Positions 50,123 to 60,741 of a stretch of DNA of 64,000 nucleotides are shown one piece after another. This stretch comes from an uncultured Candidatus Saccharibacteria bacterium (lineage in GTDB: Bacteria; Patescibacteriota; WWE3; UBA101185; UBA10185), in assembly GCA_964643995.1 (NCBI GenBank), contig CAZXUJ010000002.1:14209-78208 (forward strand), in the 5' to 3' direction. How positions within the stretch are numbered: the stretch's first letter is position 1; the number at the start of each line of letters is the position of its first letter. The notes under the pieces are model-generated. The model did not search any database, was not told the origin of the DNA, and saw only the letters and a program-made list of their open reading frames with translations. The translations under genes and the position numbers were made by a program.

Positions 50123-52393
50123 CTATGGAGATACTTTCCATATAATATCCGTTTGCATTATTCCTGAATCCTCAGTGATTTCAGTCATATAAAATGAGCT
50201 GTATCTAACCAGAACAGCTGGATACAAAGCATTATGTAATCCCAAATTACGTCGCAATTCAATGTTCACTAACTGGGTATCTTGAGAACCCGCTACTAGA
50301 GGACCCTCCAGAATAATCACTTTATCAATAGTAGCTGGATTAGAACCATCATATGAGCTTAAAAATGTAATTGTACGGCTAGCTATTATTGAAGCCTCTA
50401 TATGTGCTCGCATATCAACCAAATTGGTAATAGATGAAACATTTGCGCCAATATCTGCTGAAAACGTAACCTCCGGCTGTACTATGAAAAGCACTCTTTT
50501 ATCAGAGGAGGCACTTGTGAAGGAGTTTGTGAAGTTTAACGCGGTAGAATCACTGCTGGTTACATAAACAACAGCGATACCTTCACCACCAGACATGTTG
50601 TATGGGGTACTTCTTTGGACAAAGGTGTTCGCAATATTTACAGGTACAACATAAACACCCCCGCTATAAAAAATATTAGGATCATCAAACTCAGCTACAT
50701 CACTTATCGAAATAGCAGTTGAAGGTGGTGTAAAACTAAAATCAGACTGCCAGAAATCACCAGAAAATCTGGATATGTATTTGCCACTTTCCACAAGACG
50801 TCCGTCCGGAACATTTATATTGTCACCGAAAACTGCCGCAGAGGCACCAAAACGGTTAGAAGATAAATAAGGCAGCAACCCTCCAGAGACAGTAGGTGGG
50901 ACATTAGCCTCTATAAATTTCCCGTATACATCACCGTTCAAACTCGCAAACCATCCTTCGTCAAACGGATTGTTTAGAACATACCCAAAGTTGTGGTTGA
51001 TCAAATTCGTATGTACTCCGACCGAAATTTCGGCCAAATTTGGTTGATAGGCATATACTCCTCCAACTTGTATACATGCCGCATCATAACTAACACCGGC
51101 ATTGGCAAGAATAGTATCACGGTGAGGAACAGCATTAGGCAAAACTTTTACAACACCCGCGTCACCAGGAACATTATTAACTACATATCTAGATTGAGAT
51201 TGGTTCACGGAACCAGCTTGATTGTACCCATAAGTCGTCGTGAACTGTGCAGTCATAGAAGTTGTATTGGCATTCTGGTTAAGATTGCCAACAAACAAGC
51301 ATTCATTAGCATCAGTCAAAGACACTTCTTGCAACTGACCTGAGATGGAATAGGGAGTACACGAAGCAGCATTAAAGTTAGGCGGGGACATCGAGACTTG
51401 ACCGGAAGAACCCCCTCCAGAGGCAATTGCTTCTACAGTCCATGTGGCATACGCTCCTGCTCGAAATGGCTTTACAAGGTAATTTATTGGCAGAACAACT
51501 GTACAACTTGTTGGGGAAGTACAAGAAGGGGAATTGCTTGAAACTGTAATAAACCAATCATTACCAGAATTGGAGGTGTTCCAAACACCATCATTGTAAT
51601 CAATACGAAGTATATACATTTCAGCACCAATGGCTTTAGACCACGAAAAAACACCCTGATTATAAATATCGGATCCGGATACAATACAGGATGAGGCAAC
51701 ACTTAAAGCACTTGGAATACCCAATGAAATCAGCGAAAAGTTACATCTATAACTTGCACCTCCCCCTTGGGACTGGGCACAACTATTGTTTAAATCCCAA
51801 GTCTGACAAACATAGCCGTTAGTCGAACCAAGCGGGGTATCACCACCACCACAAGATGAATGGCGGTTGGTATAAGTCATATTGCTCGCATTAGGCTGAT
51901 ATGTAGTTGTTGCAGGACCATAAAAACCCATAGGCAGGTTAGCATTATCAACTGATACAGAGTAACTGTTAGAAGACTCCTCTACAAAGGTATCGTTGGT
52001 AAAAAATCCGTTGTAGTTAGTGTATTCGACGGTGCAGTCCCCAATGGAATTACAAATATCCACTGGAACATTGCTGATTCCCAGTCCTGTAGATGCATCA
52101 GAAACGTAACCACCAATATCCATGTACGTGGCCGGTGAAGGTGGGGGAGGGGGTGTTCCACAACAACAACTGGTAGCCGGATCGCAGTTTACGCTTGGAT
52201 CACAACAGAAATGACAAGCTTGATTACCTGTAGTACACCAGGCACAAGTATCATTAACACAATTTAATGAGGCATCTTCTCCACAAGCATGGCTACAGTA
52301 ACCATGTGAGGCATATGATACCCGACCAAAAATGACTGCACTTATCAATATAGCTACGCTCATGGGAATTGTTTTTATTTTAGTTCTCAGCAT
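50123..52393 (-). CDS. Large secreted Cys-rich surface protein
   Basis: Signal peptide, 12-Cys segment, poly-Pro linker, beta-sandwich-like domains, CPR-type C-terminus LRRNL..NALYPAVLVRY. Confidence 0.75.
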   Translation of the reverse strand: MLRTKIKTIPMSVAILISAVIFGRVSYASHGYCSHACGEDASLNCVNDTCAWCTTGNQACHFCCDPSVNCDPATSCCCGTPPPPPSPATYMDIGGYVSDASTGLGISNVPVDICNSIGDCTVEYTNYNGFFTNDTFVEESSNSYSVSVDNANLPMGFYGPATTTYQPNASNMTYTNRHSSCGGGDTPLGSTNGYVCQTWDLNNSCAQSQGGGASYRCNFSLISLGIPSALSVASSCIVSGSDIYNQGVFSWSKAIGAEMYILRIDYNDGVWNTSNSGNDWFITVSSNSPSCTSPTSCTVVLPINYLVKPFRAGAYATWTVEAIASGGGSSGQVSMSPPNFNAASCTPYSISGQLQEVSLTDANECLFVGNLNQNANTTSMTAQFTTTYGYNQAGSVNQSQSRYVVNNVPGDAGVVKVLPNAVPHRDTILANAGVSYDAACIQVGGVYAYQPNLAEISVGVHTNLINHNFGYVLNNPFDEGWFASLNGDVYGKFIEANVPPTVSGGLLPYLSSNRFGASAAVFGDNINVPDGRLVESGKYISRFSGDFWQSDFSFTPPSTAISISDVAEFDDPNIFYSGGVYVVPVNIANTFVQRSTPYNMSGGEGIAVVYVTSSDSTALNFTNSFTSASSDKRVLFIVQPEVTFSADIGANVSSITNLVDMRAHIEASIIASRTITFLSSYDGSNPATIDKVIILEGPLVAGSQDTQLVNIELRRNLGLHNALYPAVLVRYSSFYMTEITEDSGIMQTDIIWKVSP

Positions 52394-52895
52394 CTGATGC
52401 CTCCGGTAATGCAAAACCAAAGGATTGGGCTATAAGTGCGCCATCTTCGTTCATGAGTGCAATGATATGGACATATTTACCAACAAAAGGAGTAAGAGAC
52501 TTGCTATCAAAACCTGCAATAGCGTCCTTAGCAGGACCAAACAGTTCAAGGGTCCTAAAAGTATAGGAAACTTTTAGAACTTCGGAACCGGGTGGATAGT
52601 CTAGCGTTAAAACATTATTCTCGCTGCTTAACAGGGTACCCCTAAGATCAAATTCATGTGTAGTATCAGAAAGTCGCCTGTAGGACTTAACACCAGAACC
52701 ATTGGCATATTTATACAACTCGTAAAGTAACTGGGCTTTTTGTGAAGGCGAGGTAATCAACTCAAACTCTTCGTTTGGCTTAGTTACCTTATGTGGAATA
52801 TCATTACGAGTCAGAATCAAACTGATCACAATCCCCATGGATACGATTGAAAAAGACAATAACAACCAATATAAAATACTTTGCTTTTTAGTCAT
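52380..52895 (-). CDS. Membrane-anchored hypothetical protein
   Basis: Single N-terminal TM; overlaps the start of the downstream surface-protein gene. Confidence 0.65.
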   Translation of the reverse strand: MTKKQSILYWLLLSFSIVSMGIVISLILTRNDIPHKVTKPNEEFELITSPSQKAQLLYELYKYANGSGVKSYRRLSDTTHEFDLRGTLLSSENNVLTLDYPPGSEVLKVSYTFRTLELFGPAKDAIAGFDSKSLTPFVGKYVHIIALMNEDGALIAQSFGFALPEASDAEN

Positions 52896-52978
52896 GAGAG
52901 TAGGCAATATTGCTACAAAAATTCTGTCACGACATTAAGTCATTTGCAAGCTATGGCGAGTGTAATACAATTACTCAT

Positions 52979-53266
52979 ATGAAGAAATTCATCCCTTTGG
53001 GGTTTTTATTTAATTTAATTTTGGTTGTGATAGCGTTTAACTTTTGGGGACTGATCCTGATAATGGTTTTTGCTATAGGTATTTATAAGTTAGTTACATC
53101 TAAATTTGCCGGTAAAAGTGAGCTTGCAGAAAAGTTAATGTTCGGATCAGCATTTATCGTGGGCGTATTCGCTATTCACAATATATTTAATGATGTAGGT
53201 ATAACTTTTATTGCAGGACTGATCGAAGCAGTTTTCTTCTTTATTTTCTCCAGTTTTAAGACTTAG
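52979..53266 (+). CDS. Small membrane protein
   Basis: Hydrophobic 95-aa ORF, 3 nt before the kinase gene. Confidence 0.6.
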   Translation: MKKFIPLGFLFNLILVVIAFNFWGLILIMVFAIGIYKLVTSKFAGKSELAEKLMFGSAFIVGVFAIHNIFNDVGITFIAGLIEAVFFFIFSSFKT

Positions 53267-53269
53267 CAC

Positions 53270-54814
53270 ATGGGCCGAAAAGAACTTTTATATTTACTAC
53301 TAGGGACCATCAATATTATAGGTATGGTGTTTCTGATCATAATACTTGACTCAAGTATGACGTTACTTGTAGCCGCAGCTGGAGTTTTTTTGGAGATGTT
53401 CACTACGTATAGAGTTATCAAGATTCAGGATTCCAAAATCACGAAACCATTGAATTTACTTGATACGGGTATAGAGAAATATCTAGAAACTGGCGAATTA
53501 AATATAGACTCAGACAAATTTCCAAAAGAATATTTAAAGGTAACAGAACAAATTCAAAGATTAGCACAAGCACTGGAAAACTTCAGAGAACAAGATGAAA
53601 AGATTAAAGCAGGAAGTAGTACTGAGATTACTACACTACAAAGAGAGTTGGAGGTCCAAAAGCAGGCTACATTTACAGTGTTGAGGGAAATACAGGAGGA
53701 AAAGGAATTTTCACAGAAACAGGCTAAAGAATTGGAAAAGTTTCAGCTCGCCGTAAAGGAAGCATCAGATCACATTGTTATCACCGATGCAGAGGGCTAT
53801 GTCCTTTATACAAATCCATCAGGAAAGATTATCACCGGATACACCGAAGACGAAATAGTCCACACAAAGGCAGGAAAAGTCTGGGGAGACTTAATGGATA
53901 AGGCATATTATTCCGAAATGTGGAAAACAATTAAGGAAGAAAAAAAAGTTTTCAAAAGTGAAATTACAAACAAAAGAAGAGATGGATCCACATATATAGC
54001 AGAAATCAGTATATCGCCAGTGCTTGACGAAAACAAAGATGTTTTATTTTTCGTCTCTATACAAAGAGATATAACGAAAGCTAAAGAAGTAGACCGTATG
54101 AAAACCGAGTTTATTTCACTTGCATCACACCAACTTAGGGCACCTTTAGCGGCAATAAGATGGGGCTTGGAGTCGTTGCTAGACGGAATAGCAGGCACAC
54201 TAACTGAAAACCAAAAACTTTATACAAAAGATGCCTACGATTCTACAACGCGAATGGTTGATTTAGTGGGAGGGCTGCTAAATGTTTCACGAATAGAATC
54301 CGGAAGATTAGTAGTAGAACCTGTGATGACCGATGTAAAAGCATTGGTCGAAAGTGTAATAAAAGAAGTCACAGTGCTAGCAAAAGAAAAGAATCACAAC
54401 ATAAGCTTTAGAGCCCAGGAAGGTATACCCCAGATTAAACTTGACCCTAAACTAATACGTAATGTGTATTTGAACTTTTTAACCAACGCCATTAAGTACA
54501 CACCAAGCAATGGAATAATTGAGGTTGAGATAATGACTGACCAAGGTAACCTAGTATCACGTGTTAAGGACAATGGACTTGGGATTCCCAAAAAAGATCA
54601 AGAAAAGATTTTCAACAAGTTTTTCAGAGCAGATAATGTTAGGCGAGTGGACACTGATGGCACCGGGTTGGGATTATATCTTGTAAAAGCAATTATAGAA
54701 AATTCCGAAGGACATGTTTGGTTTGAAAGTGAAGAAAATAAAGGAACAACGTTCTTTTTTACCTTACCACTTAGCGGTATGATACACAAAGAAGGCCAAG
54801 TCAGTTTAGAGTAG
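53270..54814 (+). CDS. PAS-domain sensor histidine kinase
   Basis: PAS (IVITDAEG..QRDIT), H-box ASHQLRAP, N-box NAIKYT, DNGLGI, GTGLGL. Confidence 0.95.
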   Translation: MGRKELLYLLLGTINIIGMVFLIIILDSSMTLLVAAAGVFLEMFTTYRVIKIQDSKITKPLNLLDTGIEKYLETGELNIDSDKFPKEYLKVTEQIQRLAQALENFREQDEKIKAGSSTEITTLQRELEVQKQATFTVLREIQEEKEFSQKQAKELEKFQLAVKEASDHIVITDAEGYVLYTNPSGKIITGYTEDEIVHTKAGKVWGDLMDKAYYSEMWKTIKEEKKVFKSEITNKRRDGSTYIAEISISPVLDENKDVLFFVSIQRDITKAKEVDRMKTEFISLASHQLRAPLAAIRWGLESLLDGIAGTLTENQKLYTKDAYDSTTRMVDLVGGLLNVSRIESGRLVVEPVMTDVKALVESVIKEVTVLAKEKNHNISFRAQEGIPQIKLDPKLIRNVYLNFLTNAIKYTPSNGIIEVEIMTDQGNLVSRVKDNGLGIPKKDQEKIFNKFFRADNVRRVDTDGTGLGLYLVKAIIENSEGHVWFESEENKGTTFFFTLPLSGMIHKEGQVSLE

Positions 54815-55250
54815 GTTCTATATCTTCGGGTGTTTTAAAATAAACATAGAAAACTACTCCCATTATAAGGACTATAAATTCAACCGAAGTACACCAAACA
54901 CAAAAAGATTTAATGACGAAAAACTGTATCATGGTCATAACAGATTCAAACAACACACCAAAAATTATTGCTAAACCCAACAACTTATCAAGCAACTTAG
55001 CAGCTAGCAAACGTTCAAGACGTAATATCTGTAGTACCAAAAGTGACATAAAGTAAAGAGTCCCAAGTAACGGTAGTTTAATACCTAAAATCGTTGAATA
55101 TTGACTATTGCGCACAATTTCACAGGAATTCACATCATTTCCAAGGCATGTCATTGGTTGGGGAAGGCTGTATTGATAGGCTAAATACAATGACACTGAC
55201 AGGCCACAAATAGTTATAAAAATTAAAGCTAAGTTGTATTTTTGCTTCAT
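54801..55250 (-). CDS. Vitamin K epoxide reductase (VKOR) family protein
   Basis: C..SCEIVRNSQYS..GIKLPLLG, FCVWC. Confidence 0.9.
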   Translation of the reverse strand: MKQKYNLALIFITICGLSVSLYLAYQYSLPQPMTCLGNDVNSCEIVRNSQYSTILGIKLPLLGTLYFMSLLVLQILRLERLLAAKLLDKLLGLAIIFGVLFESVMTMIQFFVIKSFCVWCTSVEFIVLIMGVVFYVYFKTPEDIEPTLN

Positions 55251-55282
55251 ATTGCTTTACTAGAATAACACAAATACAAGAC

Positions 55283-56179
55283 TTACTTGGAAAGCTTTGA
55301 ACGCACTAACCCTAAAACAGTTATTGCCCTAAGGATCGGAAACGTAAGGTAACTAGGGTATTTTTGTGCATAGTGCTTTTTGTAAAACATCCGCATTGCC
55401 TCTACTGTAGCCAGTTTCATACGTCTTCTGGTTTCCAAGGAACTATTTGAGGCTGTTTTAATATCTGCACTAGTTTTGCGCCCTACACCAGCACCTTTAT
55501 AGTGTAAAACCTCAAGGTGTCCAAGATACATAATTTTCCAACCATTCTGTTTGGCACGATAACAAAAGTCTACATCCTCACCAAAAACGAAAAAATCCTC
55601 GTCCCAGCACCCAATGTCTTCATACACCTGCTTACTTACCAACATAAAATGACTAATACAAAGGTCTATTTCATGATCGGTGTACAAGTCGAGCCACCCC
55701 ATAAAGTACTGGTTTAATAGTTTTGATTTAGAGAACAATTTACTGATTTTCGTAAAGTGTGTTAGCGCTGCCCAAGGTGTTGGAAAACCTCTATGGGCAT
55801 CCATATCAGGTGCTCCTGAACGAGTAACCAAACGGGCAGTTACGATACCAACACCTGGGAATCTTTCAAGATAAAGCATAAGTTCCTTTATTACGTAGGG
55901 TTTTGGATAAGCATCTGTGCCTAAATGCAAGATGTATTTCCCTGAAGCATGTTTAAGTGCCAAATTGTTAGCGTGCGCAATTCCTTTGTTCTCATTTTTT
56001 ATAAGTAATATGCGAGGATCATCAGAAAACTCATCTTCAACCATAGCTGCAGAGCCATCAGTTGAACCATTATCAACAACTATAACTTCATAATTTTGAA
56101 CAGTTCCGGTGAGATTGTTTATACAATCGCGTAGCAAATTTACGGTATTGTAATTAACAATGATGATAGAAAGTTTCAT
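55283..56179 (-). CDS. Glycosyltransferase family 2
   Basis: LSIIIVNYN, VVDNGSTDGS, DEDFFVFGEDVDFC. Confidence 0.93.
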   Translation of the reverse strand: MKLSIIIVNYNTVNLLRDCINNLTGTVQNYEVIVVDNGSTDGSAAMVEDEFSDDPRILLIKNENKGIAHANNLALKHASGKYILHLGTDAYPKPYVIKELMLYLERFPGVGIVTARLVTRSGAPDMDAHRGFPTPWAALTHFTKISKLFSKSKLLNQYFMGWLDLYTDHEIDLCISHFMLVSKQVYEDIGCWDEDFFVFGEDVDFCYRAKQNGWKIMYLGHLEVLHYKGAGVGRKTSADIKTASNSSLETRRRMKLATVEAMRMFYKKHYAQKYPSYLTFPILRAITVLGLVRSKLSK

Positions 56180-56227
56180 TTAGTACATTCTATCAAATTA
56201 GTTAAAAGACTATGATATAAATAACCA

Positions 56228-57472
56228 ATGGAAGAATACGTATTTTCAGTATCAGAATATATTGACCTAGTTAACGAAACCTTAAAAACACGAAAAATCA
56301 CAATTCAGGGGGAAATAACGAGCTTTAACTCAAGAGGGGGTGCTGTATTTTTTACAATTGCTGATAAAAATGAGGAGGCGATTCTGGAGTGTGTAATATG
56401 GAAAAGTGTTTTTGACAATTTAGGTATAGAACTGTCCGAAGGGCTTGAAGTAAAAATAACCGGAATAGCTAGTGTATACAAGAAAAACGGAAGGTTTAGA
56501 TTTGTAGCATCGAGCATAGTTCCCATAGGGGAGGGTGCTCTGAGGAAAGCCTTCGAAAACCTAAAACTAAGATTGCAAGAGGCAGGCTACTTTGATCAAG
56601 AAAGAAAAAAAGAAATCCCAGACTATATAACTAACATTGGACTGATAACTGCCCAAGGTAGTGATGCTAAAAAGGACTTTGAAACACATATTGGTAAATT
56701 TGGGTTTCGCCTTTTCTTTTATGATGTCAAGGTTGAGGGCACAAATGCGATAAAAGATATTACCAAAGCCTTCAATTGGTTTAATGAAAATCCTAATAAA
56801 CTCGATGTCATTGTACTAACTAGAGGTGGTGGTAGTTTGGAGAGTCTTATGGCATTCAATAGTGAGGATGTAGCAAAAGCCATTTATAAGTCACGAATTC
56901 CAGTTATTTCGGCTGTAGGACATGAAAATGATGTAACCATCGCAGATATGGTTGCAGACCTAAGAGCATCAACACCTACGCATGCTGGAAAAATAATTTC
57001 TCAACCATACGTTGAAGTGCAAGTAATACTGGCTACAAGCTATTCAAGTATAAAAGCCAGTGTAGAAAACGCTGTTCTACGAAATAAAACTGTTATAAAC
57101 CGAGCGGTTAACGATTTACTGAAATCATTTTCAGCTAGGCTTGAAAATATCAAGTATCGACTAGCCTCCTATCAAAGAGAAGAGGTTATGGCTTTTAAAA
57201 ATGTTCTCGAAAACTTTAAGCAGCTAGAGAATCACCTTGCCAATGCTGTAACAGTGGTCAGTGTAGAGATTACAAAAAAAACTGAGTTTCTGAATTTTAC
57301 TGAAAAATTGTTAGCTACTAATGACCCAAGGCATAAACTAAAACAAGGGTATACAATAACCACAACCAAAAATGGTAATATAATAAAGGCGATCAGTCAG
57401 TTAAGCATGAAAGAAGTATTAGTTACACAGTTTCATGATGGATTCAGTGAATCTGAAGTGACGAAAGTTTAA
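56228..57472 (+). CDS. xseA: Exodeoxyribonuclease VII large subunit
   Basis: OB fold, RGGGSLESL, ISAVGHENDVTIADMVADLRASTPT. Confidence 0.96.
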   Translation: MEEYVFSVSEYIDLVNETLKTRKITIQGEITSFNSRGGAVFFTIADKNEEAILECVIWKSVFDNLGIELSEGLEVKITGIASVYKKNGRFRFVASSIVPIGEGALRKAFENLKLRLQEAGYFDQERKKEIPDYITNIGLITAQGSDAKKDFETHIGKFGFRLFFYDVKVEGTNAIKDITKAFNWFNENPNKLDVIVLTRGGGSLESLMAFNSEDVAKAIYKSRIPVISAVGHENDVTIADMVADLRASTPTHAGKIISQPYVEVQVILATSYSSIKASVENAVLRNKTVINRAVNDLLKSFSARLENIKYRLASYQREEVMAFKNVLENFKQLENHLANAVTVVSVEITKKTEFLNFTEKLLATNDPRHKLKQGYTITTTKNGNIIKAISQLSMKEVLVTQFHDGFSESEVTKV

Positions 57473-57477
57473 ATAAA

Positions 57478-57720
57478 ATGACAAAAACAAAAGAAACAAA
57501 TGAGCTAAGAAGTTCGCTAAAAAAACTTGAAGAGCTTACAGAATGGTTTCAAGAGAAAGACATTGATTTAGATGTTGGGCTAAAGAAACTTAAGGAAGGC
57601 ATTGATATCATAAAGTCGTGCCGATCAAAAATAAAAGAAATTGAGAACGAATTTATAGAAATTAAAAAAGATTTGATTGAAGAAAACGAAGAAACTATAA
57701 ACCAGGTCACTTACAATTAA
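57478..57720 (+). CDS. xseB: Exodeoxyribonuclease VII small subunit
   Basis: LKKLEELTEWF..DLDVGLKKLKEG; directly follows xseA. Confidence 0.9.
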   Translation: MTKTKETNELRSSLKKLEELTEWFQEKDIDLDVGLKKLKEGIDIIKSCRSKIKEIENEFIEIKKDLIEENEETINQVTYN

Positions 57721-59209
57721 GTACGTAAACAACAGGCTCTTTCGCAGTTCCGAATACAGCAATCACCTCCGAACATTTAGATTGAACCTCAGCTAAATGA
57801 TCAATAGATGTAACAGCGAATGTGGTCGCTTCAGTGAACTCCATTTCAGCATCGCGCTTAAAGTAATAATCAAACGAATCAATCCCATAAGGTACCCAAA
57901 CTTTTTGATCCAAAACTATGTTGTTCAGAAACCTACCTGCTTGAGCATAGTACGCACCACTATTGTTGTAGAATTTAATGTCTAGAGCACTAGATATTGG
58001 GTGTGCTCCAAGAAGCGGGGAATAGTATGAGGAGTAAACCGGATAGTACACTGATTTGACGTGCAAAGTTACCAACATGTAACAAATCAAAACAAACCAT
58101 AAAATATCTCCTTTAAGCTTAGACAGGTAAAAGGAAACGAATAAAAGTATTGGGGGCAACATAACTACAATATAACGATCAATCCTTTTTTCTGAAATTG
58201 ACAAACTAATGAAGTAAAGTGCCAAATACAAAAAAATGTATTTCTTGCCTGAGATGTCTCTAAATCTTTCAACTAGAGACAAAGGAAATAAAAACAAGGT
58301 TATTGGAGAAAGTTTTATAACAAATACAACCAGATAAAATAGATATGCTAGCCCGCCTGTTAAAGGGTTAAATCGCACATCTTCTGAGACACCACCAACA
58401 ATACCATTAAAAACTTTTTCAAATACATAAAAAGGATCCACCCAGAGCGCTGGAAACAATATAAAAACAAATAGTAGTGTCAAAACCAGAAAACCTAAAA
58501 TGTTTTTTGCTGTACCCCACCAACCAACACAACGGCATCTGCCAGCAAGTATTAAAAACAAAACAGGAATTATCGCTAGCACACCAACTTTGGAAAGAAT
58601 AGCCAACGCTAAGGCTAGAGCACCAAATATTAGATACTTTACTAAATTAGTTTTTTTCCAAACCAACAGTAGCAACAGAGACGTAAACGCCAGATAAGTC
58701 TCAAGAGAAGTCAGGTGAAACCAACGATCAATACCTACTAGGTAGGGTTCTATGGCTATTGCAAAAGCGTAAAATAGTGAGACACGCTGACCAAACAGCA
58801 TATTTATCAAATAAAGTTGGCAAATAAGTAAGAAGGCAAGAATAAGGACCTGAAAGATCTTTGAATATTGATGAATTGACGTATAGTATGCGGAGTTTTC
58901 TATTGTAACTCCGTGTGATACATCTGTGGAGGAATCGTACGTTTGAATCGCTTGCTTAACAATTGCGTTGGTCCACATTAGTGTCACACCAGGATGATAT
59001 CTTTGGTATGTCTCTTTGAAATCACCAGTCTTTAAAGCTACCAAAAAGTTAGTAGTGCGCCTATGCCAACGAATTGCATCAGAATTCGTGATATCCGTAC
59101 CTAACCCTGGCAGACGCATATACAAAAAAAGGGCTAAAAGTATGGCAACGCCTATTTGATACCTATTTTTATGTAAAAAATTCTTGAGCATCTGATTTAG
59201 AGTATACAT
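57707..59209 (-). CDS. GT-C (ArnT/PMT-like) glycosyltransferase
   Basis: NSDAIRW..YHPGVTLMW, EPYLVGIDR; multi-TM. Confidence 0.8.
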   Translation of the reverse strand: MYTLNQMLKNFLHKNRYQIGVAILLALFLYMRLPGLGTDITNSDAIRWHRRTTNFLVALKTGDFKETYQRYHPGVTLMWTNAIVKQAIQTYDSSTDVSHGVTIENSAYYTSIHQYSKIFQVLILAFLLICQLYLINMLFGQRVSLFYAFAIAIEPYLVGIDRWFHLTSLETYLAFTSLLLLLVWKKTNLVKYLIFGALALALAILSKVGVLAIIPVLFLILAGRCRCVGWWGTAKNILGFLVLTLLFVFILFPALWVDPFYVFEKVFNGIVGGVSEDVRFNPLTGGLAYLFYLVVFVIKLSPITLFLFPLSLVERFRDISGKKYIFLYLALYFISLSISEKRIDRYIVVMLPPILLFVSFYLSKLKGDILWFVLICYMLVTLHVKSVYYPVYSSYYSPLLGAHPISSALDIKFYNNSGAYYAQAGRFLNNIVLDQKVWVPYGIDSFDYYFKRDAEMEFTEATTFAVTSIDHLAEVQSKCSEVIAVFGTAKEPVVYVLNCK

Positions 59210-59229
59210 TTTAATATATAATTTAATCC

Positions 59230-60741
59230 ATGAGATTATTGAAGCATTGGCCCTTAGTCATATTACTCACTCTTTGGCTGGGGTTTTCGTTGATGACCTT
59301 TAAGGATTATGGCATAACGTTTGATGAAAATACCGAGTACAAGTGGGGAACTGCACTTTTTGAACATTTCACACATGACACTAAGTTTGCTAATACCATA
59401 GCACCTGTATACGAAGGCGAAGATAAGCATCAAAGACATACTCCAGTACTGAGTCAGTATTACAGACTATATCCTGCCATACTGAGCTACCTGAATGTTA
59501 GACATACTTATGAATTTTTTCATCTGTTGAATATGCTATTCGCTTCGACGCTAATTGTGGGGACGTATTACTTGGTTTACGAGAAAGTGCGCAAACCACT
59601 ATATGCAGCCTGTGGACCTATATTTGTATTTTTGACACCAGCTTTTGTAGGGCATATTCCTGCAAATCCAAAGGACATTCCTTTCGCTGTTATATTCTTT
59701 TTAGGTCTAGTGGCAATATATCTCAGTGAAAAAATTAAAAATGAATACATTAGGATACTTTTTCTGGGTGTCACCTTTGGACTTGTCCAAAGCTTTAGGA
59801 CGATTGGTTTTTCGATTTATATAGTATATATTGCCTATATTTCTTACCTACAGCATTCCGTCAAAAACTTGATAAACAAGATTCTTCCTTTATTACTTAT
59901 GTTTATAGTGGCATGTTTTGTTATGGTTACGACATGGCCATATATGGGAGTTAATTTCATAAACAACTTTGTAAATATTTTCCATACTGCGAAAGAATAC
60001 GAGTTTTGGGATAAGTCATACCTATATCTCGGGCAATATATAACCCCGGAAACAAGGCCATGGCATTATCTTCCTGTTCTAATAGGGTTGACTACGCCAC
60101 TTGGCATACTCGGGTTGGCAGTCGCTGGAATATTACCCTCAAAAGATAAGAAACATGGAGAAATAAAGTTTCTGCTCATTTCAAGTATTGCGATAAATTT
60201 TGCACTTTATCTAATTCTTAAACCAACAATTTATAACGGATTACGTCATTTTCTTTTCCTGCTACCGTTAGTTAGTACTTTGGGAGCACTTACTTTCGTT
60301 GAACTTTTACAAAAAAGAACTGGATTTGCAAAAATTATTGTCGGGGGTGTTGTCCTTAACTTGATAATTGTGGTGGGACAACTCAAGGTACTACATCCAT
60401 ACCAATATATTTATTTCAACGAGTGGGCAAAAACTCCGAGTTGGGCACAAGCGAATTTTGAATATGAGTACTGGGGAGCGAGTTATAAAGAAGCGACACA
60501 ATGGCTAAACCGAAATACAACGGATAATCAGGAACAGACAGTGTACACATGTGCTAACAGCTATGCAGTTGAGTATTATCTTAAAGCAAATTTAAAACGA
60601 CAATCTGAAGCACAGGGAGCTAATTTTGTAATCTGTGATAAGGATAGGGTGGAGAATTTCACTCAATATGAAACGCTGTTTGTAATTTCAAGAAACAATG
60701 TACCACTAAACTACATCCTCACACCAAGCCCCAACAAATGA
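59230..60741 (+). CDS. GT-C glycosyltransferase
   Basis: YGITFDE, NPKDIPFA, PWHYLP, YNGLRHFLF, YWG. Confidence 0.8.
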   Translation: MRLLKHWPLVILLTLWLGFSLMTFKDYGITFDENTEYKWGTALFEHFTHDTKFANTIAPVYEGEDKHQRHTPVLSQYYRLYPAILSYLNVRHTYEFFHLLNMLFASTLIVGTYYLVYEKVRKPLYAACGPIFVFLTPAFVGHIPANPKDIPFAVIFFLGLVAIYLSEKIKNEYIRILFLGVTFGLVQSFRTIGFSIYIVYIAYISYLQHSVKNLINKILPLLLMFIVACFVMVTTWPYMGVNFINNFVNIFHTAKEYEFWDKSYLYLGQYITPETRPWHYLPVLIGLTTPLGILGLAVAGILPSKDKKHGEIKFLLISSIAINFALYLILKPTIYNGLRHFLFLLPLVSTLGALTFVELLQKRTGFAKIIVGGVVLNLIIVVGQLKVLHPYQYIYFNEWAKTPSWAQANFEYEYWGASYKEATQWLNRNTTDNQEQTVYTCANSYAVEYYLKANLKRQSEAQGANFVICDKDRVENFTQYETLFVISRNNVPLNYILTPSPNK

